A DNA stretch of 62,954 nucleotides, counting the filler. It is 8 parts of 8 records of this genome, joined end to end, with 100 filler letters (N's around TTAATTAATTAA, not from the genome) between each part and the next. Parts side by side here need not be neighbours in the genome. Positions count along the whole stretch, not along the records: positions 53,332 to 62,954 come from SRR31156797_29288; 7 more parts are not named here. The stretch is one strand, 5' to 3'. The notes beneath the pieces were generated by a model. It was not told where the DNA came from, did not search any database, and saw only the letters and a program-made list of their open reading frames with translations. The translations under genes and the position numbers were made by a program. Position 1 is the stretch's first letter. Each line of letters opens with the position of its first letter. Positions 59,844 to 62,954 of the stretch are shown here, in pieces.

Positions 59844-60476
59844 ATGAGTGAAGTGAAATTACGTAACAGAATTATACATGAGTCGCTTAAGCTCTTTTCT
59901 TATAAAGGGTTTCTGAATACCTCCATCGACGATATCCTCTCAAAGGTCAACGCCTCCAAGGGCGGCCTGTATAACCATTTCAAGAGCAAGGACGAACTGT
60001 TCCTGGTGGTGCTGGAAGAAGCGCGGCATATTTGGCGGCAAAAAGTGCTTCACGGCGTATCGGATATCGACGATCCGCTTGAAAAGATTCGTTTGATAAT
60101 TATTAATTACCGCGATCGGTATCTCAAGGATACGGAAAACATCCCCGGCGGCTGCGTATTTGTAACGCTTTCCGTCGAATTGGACGACCAGCGCCCCGAG
60201 TTTGCAAAGGAAATTCAAAAAGGCTTTGATGGCGTTAAGGGGATGATAAAGCGCTTTTTGGATCAAGCCCAGGCGTTGGGGCGCTTGCCGGAAAACGTGC
60301 ACACGGCGGATATTAGTGAATTGCTGTTTTCGGGGATGCTCGGCGCTTCGGTTCAATACGGGATGAGCAAGTCCTCCAAGGATTTGCACCGGGCCATTAA
60401 CCCTTTGATCGGGTATATTGACAGCCTCCCGGCCAAAAACGCTGCTGCGATTGACAGGAATCCTGCTGGATTCTGA
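59844..60476 (+). CDS. TetR/AcrR-family regulator (NemR/LmrA-like)
   Basis: LFSYKGF..TSIDDI...ASKGGLYNHFKSKDEL; GGC motif in the ligand domain. Confidence 0.93.
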   Translation: MSEVKLRNRIIHESLKLFSYKGFLNTSIDDILSKVNASKGGLYNHFKSKDELFLVVLEEARHIWRQKVLHGVSDIDDPLEKIRLIIINYRDRYLKDTENIPGGCVFVTLSVELDDQRPEFAKEIQKGFDGVKGMIKRFLDQAQALGRLPENVHTADISELLFSGMLGASVQYGMSKSSKDLHRAINPLIGYIDSLPAKNAAAIDRNPAGF

Positions 60477-60593
60477 AGCAACAGCCGATTAAGGCGATAC
60501 GGGCGGCATCGGAATGTCGTTTCTCTAATTTGGATAAATTATAAAGCAAATAGCTTGGTAATAATTCCGGCTTTGGGTTATTAGGGCTTCAAG

Positions 60594-60615
60594 AGAGACC
60601 GACCGTTCGGTCTGT
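60594..60615. promoter_or_regulatory. TetR-type operator 2
   Basis: AGAGACCGACCGTTCGGTCTGT, near-copy of operator 1, upstream of the ABC transporter. Confidence 0.8.
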
Positions 60616-60809
60616 TCGGGGTAAGCATCTTTAAATTACCGCCGCTTCGACAGTCATTCCCCGGGGTATGGGCTCACGTGAATCGAAACAGGAGTCCGTT
60701 AAGCCGTTAAGGGACAGTCAAATAATACTGAGGAGTATAAATTGTTAAATAAATAGTAATTCCAAACAGGTCGAGCCGGTGAACCGGTTAACCGCCAAAG
60801 GAGGTAATC

Positions 60810-62393
60810 ATGTCCGATTTAAAGCAAATTGAGGCCCTGTTTAAAAAAGGTGAAATATCCCGTCGAGACTTTTTGGCCCGTGTATCCGCTTTGGGCATAA
60901 CCGCCGCAATTTCACCGGCGCTGCTTTCAACTCCGGCCCGCGCCGCCGCTCCAAAAAAGGGCGGGCGTTTCAGGATGGGGCTTGGCGGCGGTTCAACCAC
61001 AGATTCGCTCGACCCGGCTACATTGCCCGACATCGTCCCCCAAATTATCAACCGGCAAGTCCGTAACAGCCTGACAGAAACCGATTATCAAGGCAAGGTC
61101 GTGCCAGAGTTGGCGGAAAGCTGGGAGTCGTCGCCGGATGCGGCGACCTGGACTTTCAAGCTGAAACAAGGCGTTGAATTCCACAATGGTAAAACCCTTG
61201 AAGCCGAAGATGTTATTGCTTCCTACAACCACCACAGAGGGGAAAAATCCAAATCAGCAGCCAAAAGCCTGTTGGAGTCTTTAAATGACATAAAGGCTGA
61301 CGGTAAGAACACGATTGTATTCACTCTGAAAGAGGGAAATGCAGACTTTCCTTATGTTGCCAGCGATTATCATTTGACAATTTTTCCGGCCGGGACCGCG
61401 GATCTGGAAAAAGGCATGGGCACAGGCCCTTACATGCTTGTCAGCCATGAACCCGGGGTTAAGGCCCTTACCAAAAAGAATCCCAACTATTTCAAATCGG
61501 ACCGGGCCCATTTCGCTGAAGTGGAAACCATCACCATCAATGATGTTAACGCCAGAACTAATGCCTTGAAAACCGGGCAGATAGACGCCATGAACCGGTG
61601 TGAACGAAAAACCGTTCACTTATTGGAAAAAATGCCCGGCATCCAGGTAATAATCAGTAATGGAACTAAACATTACACCATGCCCATGCTGACAACGGCC
61701 AAGCCGTTCGACAATAACGACGTAAGAATGGCCCTGAAATATGTGGTCGACCGCGAACAGTTGGTTAAGACCATTTTGCGCGGTTACGGCTACCCTGGCA
61801 ACGATCATCCGATCGGCAAAAGCCAGCGTTTCTTCGACAAAAGTCTTGAGCAGAGGACATACGATCCTGACAAGGCAAAATTCCACCTGAAAAAAGCCGG
61901 GTTGGAAGGCTACGCCTTCAAGCTCCATACTTCCGACGCCGCCTTTGGCGGGGCTGTTGATTCCGCCGTCCTTATTAAAGAAAGCGCGTCCAAATCAGGT
62001 TTCAGCATTGATGTGGTCAAAGAACCCGCGGACGGGTACTGGAGCAACGTCTGGATGAAGAAACCCTGGTGTTTCTGCTTTTGGAGCGGCCGGATCACAT
62101 CGGATTGGATGTTTTCCATAGCCTTTGCCGCGGACGCGGGCTGGAACGATACTTTCTGGAAGCATGAACGTTTTAACATGCTGCTCAAGGAAGCCAGGGC
62201 GGAGTTAGACGAAGCCAAAAGAAGTGAAATGTATAGTGAGATGCAAAGAATCGTCAGGGATGAAGGCGCCGTGATTATCCCGATGTTCGCCGCGGATCTG
62301 ACCGCGGCGTCAAAGAAGATTCACGTTGGGAACGTAGGCGCCGATTGGGAAATGGACGGTATGCGCGCCCATGAACGGTGGTGGTTCGTCTAA
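60810..62393 (+). CDS. Peptide/nickel ABC substrate-binding protein (family 5), Tat-exported
   Basis: SRRDFL twin-arginine motif, ARA cleavage site, PELAESWE, F.LKQGVEFHNG, GTGPY, YDPDKAK..LK.AG. Confidence 0.93.
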   Translation: MSDLKQIEALFKKGEISRRDFLARVSALGITAAISPALLSTPARAAAPKKGGRFRMGLGGGSTTDSLDPATLPDIVPQIINRQVRNSLTETDYQGKVVPELAESWESSPDAATWTFKLKQGVEFHNGKTLEAEDVIASYNHHRGEKSKSAAKSLLESLNDIKADGKNTIVFTLKEGNADFPYVASDYHLTIFPAGTADLEKGMGTGPYMLVSHEPGVKALTKKNPNYFKSDRAHFAEVETITINDVNARTNALKTGQIDAMNRCERKTVHLLEKMPGIQVIISNGTKHYTMPMLTTAKPFDNNDVRMALKYVVDREQLVKTILRGYGYPGNDHPIGKSQRFFDKSLEQRTYDPDKAKFHLKKAGLEGYAFKLHTSDAAFGGAVDSAVLIKESASKSGFSIDVVKEPADGYWSNVWMKKPWCFCFWSGRITSDWMFSIAFAADAGWNDTFWKHERFNMLLKEARAELDEAKRSEMYSEMQRIVRDEGAVIIPMFAADLTAASKKIHVGNVGADWEMDGMRAHERWWFV

Positions 62394-62422
62394 GCCTTTT
62401 GTTCATTTGTCAACCGAACCTT

Positions 62423-62457
62423 CCCCGACGTTTCCATTAAGCAGGTAAACGTCGGGG
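62423..62457 (+). repeat. Intercistronic hairpin after the binding-protein gene
   Basis: CCCCGACGTTT pairs with AAACGTCGGGG (11 bp). Confidence 0.6.
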
Positions 62458-62490
62458 GGCGCCGGGAACCCATAGCGAAAATGGAGAAAA

Positions 62491-62954
62491 ATGAGTCTAC
62501 TCAGAGGCATGGTGATAAAACGCCTTTTGTTGGGCATAGTAACCATCATCGCCATTTCGGTTTTAATCTTTATTGGAGTTGAGGCGCTGCCGGGAGACCT
62601 TGCCGAGGCAATATTGGGGCAAAGCGCTCTGCCGGAAACCGTGGCCGCCTTCCGTAAGGAGCTCAAGCTAGATCTGCCTCCACATGTCCGGTATTTTTCC
62701 TGGCTGGGAGGATTAGCCAATGGCGAACTTGGAAACTCACTGGCCAATGGACGTCCGGTATCGGAAATGATCGGCTGGAGGTTTTCCAACACGCTTTTCC
62801 TGGCCGGTTCGGCCGCCGTTATTGCGGTCCCGCTTTCAGTCATGTTGGGCATTCTGGCCGCTCTTTATCGGGATAGCTTTTTTGATAAGGCTATTTCCAC
62901 GGTTACTCTCAGCACGATCTCGTTTCCCGAATTTTTCGTGGCCTATATCCTCAT
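62491..62954 (+). CDS. Peptide ABC permease (DppB-like), runs off the window; absent from the ORF track
   Basis: Manual translation MSLLRGMVIKRLLLGIVTIIAISVLIF...LPGD.A.AILG...LDLP..VRY..WL...GELGNS. Confidence 0.9.
   Translation, partial: MSLLRGMVIKRLLLGIVTIIAISVLIFIGVEALPGDLAEAILGQSALPETVAAFRKELKLDLPPHVRYFSWLGGLANGELGNSLANGRPVSEMIGWRFSNTLFLAGSAAVIAVPLSVMLGILAALYRDSFFDKAISTVTLSTISFPEFFVAYIL

Overview
This window is not one locus. It is eight unrelated contigs joined by 100-nt artificial linkers (N44-TTAATTAATTAA-N44), so gene neighbourhood only means something within a contig. Contig 1 (1-10174, spirochaete-like): DEDDh-BRCT exonuclease, LacI-controlled sugar ABC and oxidoreductase locus, and a long MurQ/GKRP-like protein. 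Contig 2 (10275-22412, spirochaete-like): an operon of KAS-III, VOC epimerase, SDR, SnoaL and B12 mutase S/E subunits, then MarR, Rrf2-cysK-metY and a TPP riboswitch. Contig 3 (22513-29145, Desulfobacterales-like): sigma54-driven kinase, MttB, DMT transporter and activator operon with a divergent corrinoid protein. Contig 4 (29246-35487, AT-rich): a tRNA-Pro 3'-end/att-like site followed by a Lamassu-type pair and a STAND-TPR (Avs-like) gene. Contig 5 (35588-40902): 5'-nucleotidase, small Zn-finger protein, gltD and gltB. Contig 6 (41003-46598, Campylobacterota-like): CBS histidine kinase, topoisomerase-repeat protein, pdxJ, pdxA, DHH phosphoesterase, yebC. Contig 7 (46699-53231): TIGR01212 radical SAM, mnmG, J-domain protein, hpt. 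Contig 8 (53332-62954): TetR, Tat-less reductive dehalogenase RdhA with RdhB and an Fe-S protein, then a TetR-controlled peptide ABC transporter. Best candidate for an undescribed system: the glutamate-mutase-fold B12 enzyme (15024-16946). It keeps the cofactor residues and the gamma-carboxylate binders but has lost the alpha-amino-acid-binding residues, and it sits in an acyl-thioester-type operon. All family calls are by-eye motif recognition; no database search was run, and taxonomic labels are impressions.
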